Assembly (NCBI GenBank): GCA_010909165.1
Contig: MU008165.1
Span: 1,426,001 to 1,490,000 of the forward strand
Length of the DNA stretch: 64,000 nt
Source: Anthoceros angustus
Lineage: Eukaryota > Plantae > Anthocerotophyta
Direction: 5' to 3'
Below, one piece after another: positions 37,416 through 50,252 of this stretch (its first letter is position 1; every line of letters starts with the position of its first letter). The notes beneath the pieces were generated by a model. The model saw only the letters and a program-made list of their open reading frames with translations. It made no database searches and was not told the DNA's origin. A program made the translations under genes and the position numbers.

Positions 37416-40134
37416 CTGTTGTGAACCTGTTTGCAGTTTGACACTTGTATTGTAGTACTAGGAACATTTATTGGACAAAGCTGTGAGTTTTTGTCGTGCG
37501 CCCCATGTCCTGCCCTGCCCGCCTGGAAATCCACCTCCTCTGCTTTGTCTCTTGGAATTCAGTTCTAGTGATAGATGCTATTTGAAGTGAGGACACTTCA
37601 GGATGGAATCAGGGAGAGGACAGCTCGTCACCACATCAAGAGGATTGTTTAATGAGAACGAAAGGAGTACAGACCTCAGAGCAAATTGTAGATAGAACAG
37701 TTGAAGAATACTATCTCAATCATTTGCATGGTTTGCCGACAAGATTAGTGCTTTCGAATCTGTGAAGATGGACTGGCCTTCAGAGAAGGTACAAACAAGA
37801 CGACCATCATGAGTACTATAAGGAAAGTGTAGCCGAAAACTGTAAAATTCGACAGCAGCAATGAGATTCCAATCGTCTTCCTACCTCAAAACCTGTCCTC
37901 ACGAAACTTCGAAGAGCACTGAAATCTGCGTGTTAAGACAGCTAGGACGAAGACTGTGAGGCCGGTCTGCGACCGATTATCTGGGCCTACAGAGACGCTC
38001 ATCGTTTCAATTTCAGTCCTTATTACTCCTTAAAATTCGACTGCTTGCAACGCAAACTTCCCAGGGAAGCGTACGCATTCCGTAAGTGAATCCAGAGAAA
38101 ATGCGTCCTTTGCCCAGCACGAACCGTCCGCAGATGCTAATAATATCATCAAAATATGGCTCCTTGCACTCAGAGCACAATTAATGCTGATACTTCCTCA
38201 TGGCAGCTATCACCAACTCCTCGGTTACTTCTACCTTTGCCTTGTTTGTTTACCTTCGAAGTGGAAGTCTTTGATGAAGCCTCCATCTTGAGGCGCTCTT
38301 CTTCCATTTGCTCCCTCCGATGCCCACATTCCAACGTCCGCAAACACGTGAGCCTGAGCAGCTTCCTACAGTCCAATTCCGAGCAAACAGTCGAAGCAAT
38401 ATTCAACACCTGTACAAAGTCTCTCTTTTCCCCGCACCAGGAAAGATCCGTGTACTTGCCAGTCATGGAAAGCTCGCCCGTAATCTGTTCTACAGACATG
38501 GACTCCAATTTTCGGGGCCTCTGACTCTCAGCACCGGAAGAACGAACAATTCCCCCACAAAAAATGCAATTGATTGCTGGAGGGGATTCGCCTCTCGAAG
38601 CCAATGAAAACATCTCCAGCAACCGCGCTGTGCAGCAAATTCGCCACCATCCCGACTGCTAGACAGTCTCATCGCATACTTACTAGACGACCCAACTTCA
38701 ACCCCAGCATGTCCTCAGAATACTCTAGCTGCGTCAGGGATCAACAACCAAACCCTCTCCAAAGGAAAACAAAACTTGTGAGGACGGGGACCGAACAAAT
38801 GTGATAGGCATCGACTGCAATAATAACAGACTGCAAGCCGGGCACTGATAGTCCTCAGCAAGGAGATTCCCTCTCTTATTGAATTAAAATTAATTAATTA
38901 ATTAATTAATTATTTAATTAGAGGCTCAAACCACTTTTAAATCAATATCCACTTTTTTCTGCCCAAAAATACCCCAGAACCATTCGTCGTTTTGGGGTTA
39001 AACACTTGTCTCGGAAAGGTTGCTCATGTAGGGGCGAAGGTTAATTCATAGTATTTAGGCGCCAAGAAGATGACGATTTGGAACTTCAGCATGTGAGGGC
39101 CAGTGCCCTTAGCTACTACCATGCTAACTATTATGAAATAAGGTTTGATGGACACAATGCCGCTCCTAATAGACCTTGCATGTTTTTAGACATGAAGCAA
39201 ATGGCTGCGTTGTAGTAGTTAACCATTTTGGATTACACAACATACTCTTCCCTTTGACAATGTCGGCCGTTACTGTCCTTTACTCATGTTGATAAGTCAT
39301 GATAAATAAAGATACACCACATTTCACATGTGACGAAGACAAGTATTGTCAAACAATACTTTACTCTATTCCAAAACCTTTAAAGTGATGGATGCCGGGC
39401 CCCATGCTGGTAAAAATATTAAGCTTGTACTAGGTGATTGCCATGTGAAGACGATCTTCAATTAGTCTAAGAAAAGAAGATTATGGTAGCTATTCATTTT
39501 GCTGCTTATTTCATTATAATAGCTATTCATTAATGTAGGTGTAGGATCACCCTTTTGAGAACGGGATTATAATTAATGGTACCTGGACTGGAGAACCAAT
39601 ACAAAATTCGTGTATGATTAGTATTTTTTAAATTCTAAAGGCTTCAATTTGAAATTTAAATTCTAGAGGCTTCAAGGTGAAACCTGTACCACATTTGCAT
39701 ATCCTATCCGGGCCCCTTCAAAGTTCACCACAACATGTAGGTTTCTCATGTGCCGTGAATAGCTTTGCATAAGCTGGAGCCTTCAAAGTTACGGGATGAG
39801 GTATAAATATGATATCGGTCATTAAGATATAGGTAACCCGATGATGTATGAATATGGTGTCGGTCATTGAGATATAGGTAACCCTATAACTTTAGGTGTA
39901 CCTAAAAATAAACTCCATAAACTTTACCAACCCATTATAGTTTGAGGGTGTGATATTCATTCACCGTTATTGTTAGTGTGAGGGGCCAAGTTTTTTTTAG
40001 GGGATTTGACGCACACGCGAACCCTACCTTAAGCCCAGAAGAAGAAGAAGAAAAGAATTTTATTGAAGCCCACTAAGGACGGATTTCCGTCATGAAATCC
40101 GTGACTTGTACTTAACAACTTGTACCAGGCAACC

Positions 40135-40235
40135 CGAGATCACCTCATGACTTTTGGCCCCATCGTTATGCTCTCACTAAAGTAGCGAGATCACCTCATG
40201 ACTTTTGGCCCCATCGTTATGCTCTCACTAAAGTA
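40135..40235. repeat. 51-nt tandem duplication
   Basis: cgagatcacctcatgacttttggccccatcgttatgctctcactaaagta at 40135 and 40186. Confidence 0.95.
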
Positions 40236-40299
40236 CTGAAAGTCATGCACTTCAGAGGAAATAAAATGTGCCGGACGACGCTCTCCTTACATAGCCCTC

Positions 40300-40341
40300 A
40301 GTCGTGAGTCGTGAGTCGTGAGTCGTGAGTCGTGAGTCGTG
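40300..40341. repeat. (AGTCGTG)6 heptamer repeat in a promoter region
   Basis: Read directly from the sequence. Confidence 0.95.
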
Positions 40342-40607
40342 AAACTCGTCTCGTCCGAGTGGCGGGGAGGACGGGTCAGTGTGGTTTCAATTCGGCTCCC
40401 GCTTTCGTTCCAACTTTTCCCGCGTCTTCACTTCTTCCCGCCAGCTTTCACCGCAGCCTGCTTCTTCCTTTGATGCCATGGGCTCGCGGCTAGCACCCGC
40501 ATTGCAAGGTTGCGCCCCACCTGCCTGCAGCCCCGGTCGACTTTCGTCTCCGGCGTCTCCAGTGTCTGCTGCGCCTTTGTCTCAGCCGGAGAACCGGGGT
40601 TGCCGTG

Positions 40608-41306
40608 ATGGTGATTGCGTTGAAGCCTGGCAAGTTCTATGGTAACTCCCTGCCGCGGCCTCGGATCCTGCCTAATGTGCCTGATGAGGAGAGGGTGGAT
40701 CCGCCGCCGTCTGTGAATGGATCGCTCTTACGATGGGCCGCCGATGCGTCGTGGAGGATGGGGGGACTGTGCAAGCAGACCAAGCGGTTCCAGGGAAAGA
40801 TTGAGGGCCGGCTCAGCAAGCTGAAGGAGATGAATGAAGACTCGGAGCCCGAGCCTGAGGAGGAGGAGAAGTTGCCGGCGGTCAAGTCTTCCAGCGCCGT
40901 GAGTAGCTTGAAGCGGAGAGGCTGGTTTGGAGGACAGTCCTCGCACAGATCCTCCAGATGGAAGCCACACAGGAAAAGGTCTTCCGGGAAGAAGGCCCCG
41001 TTGCGGCTCACCTCCGGGAAGGACTTGATGGAGAAGCTCGACCGGGGCTCTGCCAGATTTGAGCCTGATGCATTGAGGAAGAGAGGCGGGACAAAGATCG
41101 CCGCCGCTCCGGATGCTAAACGACCCCGGGGAAAGGCCGTGAAGCGGGAACTTACGGAGGAAGACTTGTCGGAGCACGGCTCGGACAGCAGCGAGGATGA
41201 CGAGGAAGAAGAGGACGAGGAGGCTCAGGTTGAGTCGCTGCTGGCCAAGATCAAGTCTGGTGCCGTTCCTCTCAGGCGGAGTGCCCGGCTTCAACGGTCT
41301 GTTTGA
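40608..41306 (+). CDS. Conserved uncharacterised plant protein (N-terminal PGKFYGxSLPRPR...ERVDPP...WxMGGL block; basic/acidic tail ending RRSARL)
   Basis: Intronless ORF. The N-terminal motif matches a land-plant family of unknown function that I recall (not searched). Confidence 0.8.
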   Translation: MVIALKPGKFYGNSLPRPRILPNVPDEERVDPPPSVNGSLLRWAADASWRMGGLCKQTKRFQGKIEGRLSKLKEMNEDSEPEPEEEEKLPAVKSSSAVSSLKRRGWFGGQSSHRSSRWKPHRKRSSGKKAPLRLTSGKDLMEKLDRGSARFEPDALRKRGGTKIAAAPDAKRPRGKAVKRELTEEDLSEHGSDSSEDDEEEEDEEAQVESLLAKIKSGAVPLRRSARLQRSV

Positions 41307-42013
41307 GAACGGAAATTGTCTCGGCCGGTCGAGCGGAATGTATTTTGGACGGAACGCAGGGTAGCAGCTTGCTCCCTTCAGATTGATCTGATTCTCGTAA
41401 TTTTTAGCGCTGTCGATTGCATCTTGCTTTCTGTAACAACCAGAAGCACAGCGCTTTACTGCCTTGCGCTTGACAATTTGCTGCCAGCTGTTCTTTCACA
41501 ACTCTGCCGGGATGGTGGAAAACAGGTGATTGAATTAGTTTGGAAAACGATCTCAAAACTCTCTCGCCTTTGTATATATAATCGTCGATGCCCCCGAGGC
41601 ACCTTGATCTTGTAGCTACAGCTCAGCTTCTTCCTGACCTGTTTACAGCCATTCTTGGCTTCAATTGAAAAGTGGAATCGGCATGCTTAATCCTCCATGC
41701 CCCGAGTCAATCGTTTGCCCTCATCCCCTCTTGAAACTTCAAAGTTCCATACCTTACCGTCTTGCCAAGACCATCCATCAGCATTCCTTCCTTCAAGAGT
41801 TCTCGTTGCACTAACTACATGCACAGCGCACGCCGATTGGTAAAAATACGACAACCAAGTGAATGCGGAGCCCCTTTGCTTCTTCAAATTCTGAACATCC
41901 ACAGGAACAACTGCGGCTTGCACATGGCTTTGCCACTGGCACCTGTGCTCTATAAATACATACAAAAATGATGGTTTGAGGCTTCAGTGCTGCCTCTGAT
42001 ATTGCTGAGCCAC

Positions 42014-42762
42014 TTAGTTCTCTTCTATGATTTCCAAGAGCATCCTGCCGAAACGTCACACGAAGGCATTCAGCTGACTGACCATCTAGGACAACAAGGA
42101 ATGTCCAAACATCTCAACATACCCTACCTGAAAATAACGACGAAAAAGATGAGTAGAGTGAATCCCAGCTTCACAAGCCTGTACTTCTTCTCATAATCTA
42201 ACTGATTAAAAATCTCCGTAACGTCCAAGAGATACTGTTTCCTCTGGTACCTGATTAAATAGGGATAGGAACGGACAGATAGGAGCTCAGTGATACAAAA
42301 TGACAAAGAAGATAAAGTTTCAATAGGGCCTGGGCCTGCAAAGTACACAGCAGAGCTTCACTTACAATCTTCCGTGGAAATATATGAGGGGGGCATTCAC
42401 CAGAAACATGATCCAGTGTCCAGTGAGCAAAAAAAAGACGGACAAGGCAGCATGCAATCCAAAATCCCAAAGAACAACTCTGTTGATCCTGCTTGCTGAG
42501 TCGTAGGGGTTGATGTAGTCAAACTCCAAATCCGATAGGCTCATTAGCTGCCAAATTGTTCAGAACATAGCCTCAATTCAGTCAGTCAGCCAGAAAGGAA
42601 TCCCGCATAGGGTCAGCAACAACAATTTAGAGGTCTCACACATGGTGCTGGAACTTTCAAATTGCGGCAGCGAATGATGCGACTCACCTGGTATACAAGA
42701 AGCATCAGCTGTCCGGCCACACCGAAGAACGAAATTAACCACAGCGTCAATCCCGCTACCAT
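42014..42762 (-). CDS. CNIH: Cornichon homolog (ER cargo receptor), 4 exons
   Basis: MVAGLTLWLISFF...LLVYQ|LMSLSDLEFDYINPYDSASRIN...FLLTGHW...|YLLDVTEIFNQLDYEKKYRLVKLGF...|MLLEIIEEN*. Confidence 0.92.
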
Positions 42763-43073
42763 GATTTGAGCCTGGAAACAGGCAGCTCGGGCATTCGAAT
42801 CGTTCCGGCACGATCATTGGTGTCTCTGGTGCCCGTTGGCATCCATGCAGTTGCAGCTTGTCGGGTCGGTACTCTGTTGGCCAGCGTACGCCAGAGCATA
42901 AATGTGTCCGTGGTGCAATGCTGTTGCGCGCCGGAGAACGCCCGCCCTAATTTTGTTTCTCGTCGGTCCCAACATCGGGCGGAGCACTTGTCTCCATATT
43001 TTTATGCAAATCGCCTTATAGTATATATTCCTGGTCCGAGACTCTCGGTGCGGGTGTTGGCTGATACCAAATC

Positions 43074-45266
43074 ATGGGGGAGGCAGCAGATCCTGGATTT
43101 GCATTGCTTGGAGCGGGCACTTTCGTTCAGATGCAATATTTGCCCCTGCTTAAAACGCTTCCCGTTGCTATGAGCCTCCAAGCTGTGTGGAGCCGATCTC
43201 AGGTATATCTCCTGGGCCGACATTTCTTTCTTCGATGTTATTGTCTCCATTCCACACTCCAAACCTGTCGCGAACCCTCACCATAATTGAACAGGCAGCA
43301 GCTGAGGCAATGTTCGCGCAAGCAAAAGATTTTTCTCCAACTGCAAAAACCAAGTGGGGGGAAGACGGACTGGAGGAGATTCTGCAGGATACTAGTGTGC
43401 ACGGGGTCTTTGTTGTTTTGCCTCCTCAAGTCCAGGTAGGGCCTCCTCTCCTTTTGTCAGAAAGCTCACTGAGGCATTTTTAGCACAAATTCTTGCACTG
43501 GAATCATAAGTACCTGATTTGTAGGAGTAAGTGGTTGCACGTTTTCCCCATTGTCTCCTCTTCTGCCTTGCAGCTCAAGATTGTCTCCCGAGCTTTGAAG
43601 GCAGGAAAACATGTGCTCCAAGGTGATGAGAAATTCTCTTGTAGGACAGGACTTTACCAGCAGTGATCTTGTTTTCCTGTACTGGTCTTTCCTTGTCTGG
43701 TTAAAATCTTCAACATCCTTTCTAAACTATTTCCGTGGTCACATGATTGATGGCTGAAGAGAAGCCTGTCGGTTCAAGTAAGTTCATTCCAGAGTGCCAT
43801 TTGTCTTGCTTTGTTAGCTGCTTCAGATTGTTGTGCCGATGAGCGTGTTGTAGCGCATGACCACCTTATTTCAGACTGAGGAGGTCATGTCCACTGCCGA
43901 GTTTGCTGTTACTTGGTGTCCGCAGCTGTTAAAGAAGCATGTGATGTCCTCCGAACGTACGAAGGTTTGCGCGATTCTGGCAGCAAGATACCCATTTGGG
44001 CAGTGGGAGAAAATTACCGCTTCGAACCTGGGCTAATCGCGGTATGTAAGGGTGATTCAGGGCTTGCCTGTGTCCAAGAGAGCCTGCCGACCCTACTACT
44101 AATCGGAAGTTGCTGCAATTCCACAATGCTGCAGGGAGCCAGAATGGCCGAGACAATTGGGAATTTTGTGAATGTGCAAGTCATCGTTGAATCACCTATG
44201 CCGCCTACAAATCCATACTTCTCAAGTGCGTGGCGCAGGGACCCTGCCTTTGAGGTGTGAAGAGTAATCGCATCCAGTTCATGTGTGGCATTCGGGCATG
44301 GTGTGGTGCTGGCATGATGACTTCTGTGGGTCTTCTCGTAAGCTGTGAAATCCTCTTGCCCCCTCGTTTTGCAGGGTGCATTTATCAAGGATGGGGGTGT
44401 CCACTTCGTAGCAGGCCTCCGACTGGTAAGAACGAGCAGCAGTACATTGGCGTGCATGTACTACTGCTGCAGGGCCCGTCATGTGCCTTTTTACCTTATA
44501 CAGGTCTCGTGGTTCGCAGATCACAGGATGTAACATCTCATCAGTTGGCGCCATCACAACGCATGCTGATCCGGCCCTGCCACCTCCTGACAATGTATCA
44601 GCAATCCTGTAGGTTACTCCAGGCACTCCTCCACGTCCCTGCTGATGCGTTTCAGAGTCTGAGCTGAACCCTGTAATGCCGCTCGCAGTAAACTCGACAA
44701 CGGCTGCCCAGGGGTGCTCGTCATGTCATGGTCTTCCACTTCCCGCCAGGTACCCATCCACCTGTTCCCAGCTGCACCACTGCCACTCCCATCATCTCCC
44801 AGTCATCTACCTGTTTCTGCACCATGGCATCTCTCATACTAAGCTCACTTACCATGTCAGTTGACGCAGGCCCTCTGGCGAGTAGTAGGAAGTACTGGAA
44901 CTGTGGAGGTTTCACGACAGATCCAAAACGGCCTCCCGGGTTACCTTGTAAGTAAACAACCAAGAACCGCTTCCAACCGAGCAGTTCTTTCAACGTGCAT
45001 CTGACACTCTCGTACACATTCCCACGCCACAGGTCACTCTCCTACGTCCAACAGAGAACCCCAAACCGGAGTTCCATCCATTCGCGGGAGTGCAAGAAGA
45101 GCTGAGGTCCTTCGTCCAGGACGTGACTGATGGACTCGCGGCAGAGAAGGCAGACCCCAACAGCTCAGTCCTGGAAAGCCTCCGCGACCTCGCCGTCATC
45201 GAAGCCCTGCTGGAGTCGGGCGCCAACGGAGGCCGCTCCACGTTTGTGAAATCGGCTGTCTGGTGA
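43074..45266 (+). CDS. Gfo/Idh/MocA-family NAD(P)-dependent oxidoreductase, multi-exon
   Basis: [25 protein letters not shown]|EKP (micro-exon), [36 protein letters not shown] and [12 protein letters not shown]. Confidence 0.88.
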
Positions 45267-45615
45267 TTCTGTTCCTCAGTTCCAAACACACAAACTTTCT
45301 TACCCCAACTCTGGCGTTTTTACCTCGACCCTAACTCGGTTTCATCTTCATTCACCCTCCTCCACCTCACCTCGTTCAACGAATTCCGATTGGCCGGCAC
45401 CATATCCGCTCGCACAAGGCGGGGATTGGCGGATGAGCTCGCGGTCTATCCCCGCGAGCCCGCGTGCTGGTCGCGCTCCCGCCCTCCGCTTCCGCATCCA
45501 CACCGGCTTGCCTCGCAGCCCTCCACAAGCTCACCACGCTGCTCCCACCATCTTCCCCACGCTTCCTCCCCGCACTGCGTTCCGTGCACAGGACTCGGCA
45601 AGGACCACGGCAACA

Positions 45616-46227
45616 ATGGCGGCCATTGCATCAGCCTCGGCAGCCCTGGTGGCGGCGGCGCCCGCCAAGGAAGCTTCCTGCAAGCCGGCTTCCACCTCCT
45701 CCTTCGCCAGGAGCTCGGCCCTGTTCGGGCAGAGGCTGAACACGGCGTGTGCCGGCGCCCGCGTCTGCATGACCGCGGCAACCGAGGCCCCAGCAGGGTT
45801 TACCCCCCCGGAGCTGAAGGCCGACACGCCATCCCCCATCTTCGGAGGCAGCACTGGCGGGCTGCTGCGCAAGGCGCAGGTGGAGGAGTTCTATGTCATC
45901 ACCTGGGAATCTCCCAAGGAGCAGATCTTCGAGCTGCCGACGGGCGGGGCGGCCATCATGCGCTCGGGCCCCAACCTGCTGAAGCTGGCCCGGAAGGAGC
46001 AGTGCTTGGCGCTCGGTACCAAGCTCCGCACCAAGTTCAAGATCCAGTACCAGTTCTACCGGGTGTTCCCCAACGGCGAGGTGCAGTACCTGCACCCCAA
46101 GGACGGCGTGTACCCGGAGAAGGTCAATGCCGGCAGGAAGGGCACCAACATCAACAGCCGCAGCATCGGCAAGAATGCCAACCCCGCCACTGTGAAGTTT
46201 ACCGGCAAGACCGCCTACGAGTTGTAG
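45616..46227 (+). CDS. psaD: Photosystem I subunit II (PsaD) precursor, intronless
   Basis: Transit peptide followed by [37 protein letters not shown]...[10 protein letters not shown]...[17 protein letters not shown]. Confidence 0.97.
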   Translation: MAAIASASAALVAAAPAKEASCKPASTSSFARSSALFGQRLNTACAGARVCMTAATEAPAGFTPPELKADTPSPIFGGSTGGLLRKAQVEEFYVITWESPKEQIFELPTGGAAIMRSGPNLLKLARKEQCLALGTKLRTKFKIQYQFYRVFPNGEVQYLHPKDGVYPEKVNAGRKGTNINSRSIGKNANPATVKFTGKTAYEL

Positions 46228-46574
46228 GCTAATGGCCTCAGGCTAGGTCCTCCTTTAATCTTCAGGCTCAATCCTCTGCTGCCTCGTCCCGTGTACAGCC
46301 GGCCACCCTCGGCCTGCGGGACTTTGTACTCTAATTCAGTGCCGCCTACATTCCTTCTTCCCCTTTGCCCCAGCACGCCGCAGTCTTCTGAATGCGTCGC
46401 ATTGTTGCTGGATTCACTTCCGGAATGTGTGCACATTACTAGGGAGTTCGTGTTGCAAGCATTCGAATTTTGATACGCAATAAAAACTGTGATTGGGACG
46501 GTGCCTGTCACGCTTGCTTGCGTCTGAAAAATGGATGATGCGATGAAAGTGAAAAATGCGATGAATGTGAGAGT

Positions 46575-47650
46575 GTAACATCCTGCCCTTGGCTTGCCCT
46601 AGTCCCGGGGAGTGCGTAGGAAAGGGGGAAGAGCAAGAGACGAGGCGGCGGTGAGGGTAGGAAAAGAGGCATCGGTGAGGGCAAGAAGAGAGGCAGCGGC
46701 GAGGGCAGGAGGAGAGGCAGGGCTGGAGGAGACGTTGCAGGGAGGGGTCAGGGAGAAAGCGGGCTTGGAGGGAACGGTCCAGGGGGAGGAGACTGGAACC
46801 CTTCCTCCAGCAGCTGGGACCTCACAATTCTTGTGAGCCCAACACCAGGCATCGATTTGCTTCTGAGGTGCGGTTCATCATAGAAACGGTGGCTTCCAGT
46901 CGATGTTGGCTGTGGTTGCGGGTCATCTATTTCCTGCAAGATCAAGCTCAATTTCGGAGATCAAATGATGTGCAAGTTCTTCGTTTCAAACGTGCACATG
47001 GCGTATTCTCAGGCTCTAAACGGCTTAAGGAAGGAAGGAAGTAGTCCTGGGAGCTCGAAGGCCGACCGGCCCGAGTATATGCTCGGGATAAAGAAACACA
47101 CGTACAGCTTGTAACAAAGGTTTTTCGTCGATTGCGATAGCACAAACTTTATGCGAAACTGGCCAAATGTGCCTTTATGCTGCCAGAAGTGGAGTAGGTA
47201 CCCGGGGCACCGTTAACAGACAAGGAGTTGAATTGACAGTCGAAAGATAAAAGTCATCCAGCAGTGACGTATTCCCCATAATTTAACGCAGCTGCAATCC
47301 TTTTTGAGATTAGCTTCCGACCACCTATACGAAGTTCATTCATCGCTTTGCAAAGGTGGCCAAATGCAGTATGTAAATGGAAGGTATTGTAGAGCTTTTA
47401 GTCGAGAAGAGTTTTTGATTGAAAAGAGGTGCAGAGCTTTTAATTGAGAAGGGTGCTCATCCAGCAATCCATGACAAGGAGGGTGTTCCACCCAATAATT
47501 TGCGGCTTGGTTAGTGGGATTGGATGCTCGGCAGCGGCCCGACTAGCACGATGGGCCCACACGATGCTCGATGCCGCTCCCTGATCCCCATGCTCCTTTA
47601 AAGCTTACCTGTGCGACCATGCCACTACGGGAGGATCAGGGTTTTACGAC
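46575..47650 (+). mobile_element. Degraded Ty3/gypsy LTR-retrotransposon remnant
   Basis: 47141-47360 translates to HKLYAKLAKCAFMLPEVE...DSRKIKVIQQ*RIPHNLTQLQSFL...KFIHRFAKVA (RT thumb/connection). TGTAAC at 46575. Boundaries approximate. Confidence 0.65.
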
Positions 47651-48058
47651 GAAACATTTAAATGGTTGTAAAAATATATAACACTCTTACAATGGGTCAA
47701 ACACGGCTCGTTGTGAAAGTCATAGCTTGTGTTAAAGTTTTCAATACGGGTGGGAGAGTAGTCGACATGGCATCTATGTAGATTTACTTGGTGAGGAAAA
47801 TAGCCAGAGATGCTCATCCAGGTCCTCATTTGGGGAGACCGTAGTACTGAGGCAAGACGTTAGGATTGAGGTTCCTTTTCAGCGACAAGTTAGAGCTCGA
47901 GTACCCCATGTTGCTGGGCTTTTCTATGCTACTTGTCAATTACACGAATCACTGCTTCTTTTGAGTAGCTGTAGCCATTTCAATCTCATTCTGGGTCATA
48001 AACACATGCTTGCTAAAAAACAAGGCATTCGCAAATCCAAATGGGAGCAAGATATCAG

Positions 48059-48150
48059 CAACGCCCAACAATGGCGTCCAACACCCAACAATGGTGCCCA
48101 ATGCCCAACAATGGCGCCCAACGCCCGACAATGGCTGGCCATACAATGGC
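48059..48150. repeat. ~20-21 nt tandem repeat (caacgcccaacaatggcgcc), ~4 copies
   Basis: Read directly from the sequence. Confidence 0.85.
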
Positions 48151-48271
48151 CTGCGAAAGGTGGGTATGTACGAACATGTACCTTCGAGGCAGTGCGCACT
48201 TGCTTGTGGGCATAGAGGTGGCACCTACTCAGAATAAAAACATTTAAGAAAATGCTAAAGAGCGCGACGTA

Positions 48272-49676
48272 CTAGTATTAGAGCGCTAGTGCCCCGCTCC
48301 CGATTTTTTCCCTCTCGAGACCAGACTGTGTATAAGGGCTGAAATTAGTGGAGTGCGTGCTACCAAGCGGCACGCCTCCGTACTCTTGAATGGACACGTT
48401 CATCATGCTCCCACAAAATAACCCCCACCAAATTTTAAATACCCCTCCTCGCCTGCCAGCCCCCCACCAAAAACTCTTCCTCCATCCCCCTCCCTCCACC
48501 CACTCCCCCCATCTTCCTCATCCCGGGACCCTATCCCCCGTCCCCTCCCTCCACCCTCACTCCCTCTCCACTCTTCACAAAAAAAAACAGAGTATGTTTT
48601 ACACCCTCATCCACAACCCTATTGCTAGTCCACCAAATTTACAACTTTGATTACATTTTATGATGTCTCTTATACTTCATAACGCAATCTACAACATGGA
48701 AGCCACATCATCGATCCCCTGTTATAAATGAACTATAATCGTATTTTTATAATTAATACTAATAATAAAGACTTTTGAAGAAATAAAGATCGAATATTAA
48801 ATTTTGAGAAAAAATTTTACAACGTAATCTACAACAAGAGAGCCATGTCATCAATCCACTGCTGCAAATGGCCTCCAATCATATTTTTTGTGATTAATAA
48901 AAATAATAAAGAGTTTAGAAAAATAAAGAACACATTTTGAGAAAAATGCTTTACAACGTTATCTACAACAAGGGAGCCACGTCATCAATCGCTGTTGTAA
49001 ATGGCCTTCAATCATATTTTTATGATTAATAATAATAATAAAGAGCTTAAAAAAATAAAGAACACATTTTGAGAAAAATGTTTTACAACGTAATCTACAA
49101 CAAGGAAGCCACGTCATCAATCGCTATTGTAAATGGCCTCCAATCATAATTTTACGCAACAACACATTGGTGTGTACGACATTTGATGGTGAACCAGAAC
49201 CCTGAAGCCGCTCCCATTCCAAACCTCCACATTGTGCAACATGTCCTGTCATTGTATGGATGAGCGCGGAGGTGAATGGATGAATGCATGCATGCTAGGC
49301 ACAGTAGATTTGTTTTGCTTGGTTGTCTGTTGAGGAAGTGCTTATATGAATGCAAGTGCTTACCTCATGCGACATGTCCCAACTGTAGTGCACACGATAG
49401 TGCCCTTTGGACCAATGCTAGACAATAGGACGGTACACATCCTCACCAAAAATAGCGACCATCGACAGTCTCCACGTCCTTGAAATGTGACTAGAAACGC
49501 CGAGAATCGTCAAGCACTTGCGTACTATAGTTATGCTATGCTCGATCCAACGCATCTGGTACCAATGACACTTCATACCTCTTGTCATCGTGGGTTTCAG
49601 TATATGGCCCACTTCAAAATGAGTTTCTTTCTAGATGTTTCTTTTAATTATTATTTTTAAATAAAACATAAGTAGA
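48272..49676 (-). mobile_element. Probable non-autonomous Helitron with an internal ~133-nt tandem array
   Basis: Minus strand begins A|TCTACTTATG (49676) and ends GAGCG-N9-CGCTC hairpin, TAATA, CTAG|T (48272). Four aacgtaatctacaaca units at ~48680, 48821, 48955 and 49087. Confidence 0.6.
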
Positions 49677-49745
49677 TCAAGACGTGATGATGAAAATGAT
49701 ATTTGGACCCATATGAGAAGTGTTGAAATTTTATAGGTATATAAA

Positions 49746-49817
49746 TTGAAGATGCCCAAAACACTCAATTTGAAGATGCCCAAACACTCAATTTGAAGAT
49801 GCCCGAACACTCAATTT
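49746..49817. repeat. ~23-nt tandem repeat, 3 copies (ttgaagatgcccaaacactcaat)
   Basis: Read directly from the sequence. Confidence 0.9.
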
Positions 49818-50252
49818 GTGTCCCACGGTCCATATGGAGCTCCTTTTTATCTCTGCTACTTATTTAACGCTTTGTTGTTCATAATAAAGAGTTTAACGTC
49901 TTGTTGAGACGATTTGAAAGGCATTTCAAGTCAAGTCAGACGACACCACTGCCCAATGACCATCGAGGCCATCACACTGGCCAACTCGCAATTCACCGAA
50001 CGTGTGGTGAAGACCAAACACAAGTGGATGCGTGATGGGAAGCGTGGAAAAGCGTGGAGACGTTTGCGCACGCAACCAGTCGTGCTGCGACACATATCCC
50101 GGGGCTTTGCTTGCGCACACACAAGAAGAGCACGCATTCTGTGACGCAGTCGGGCTCGGGCAGCATGTGAAAGCAACATCAGGATCCGGATTTTTGCCAG
50201 GCTTGTTGATAGGGAGCTCCGCTGCCGGAGGATCGCTTCACCGGCCGGACTG

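Noticed and set aside
45390-45615. N-terminal extension of PsaD or an overlapping 280-aa ORF
   Set aside because: ATG 45616 has good context (acaATGG) and begins a typical transit peptide; the upstream openness is explained by high GC.
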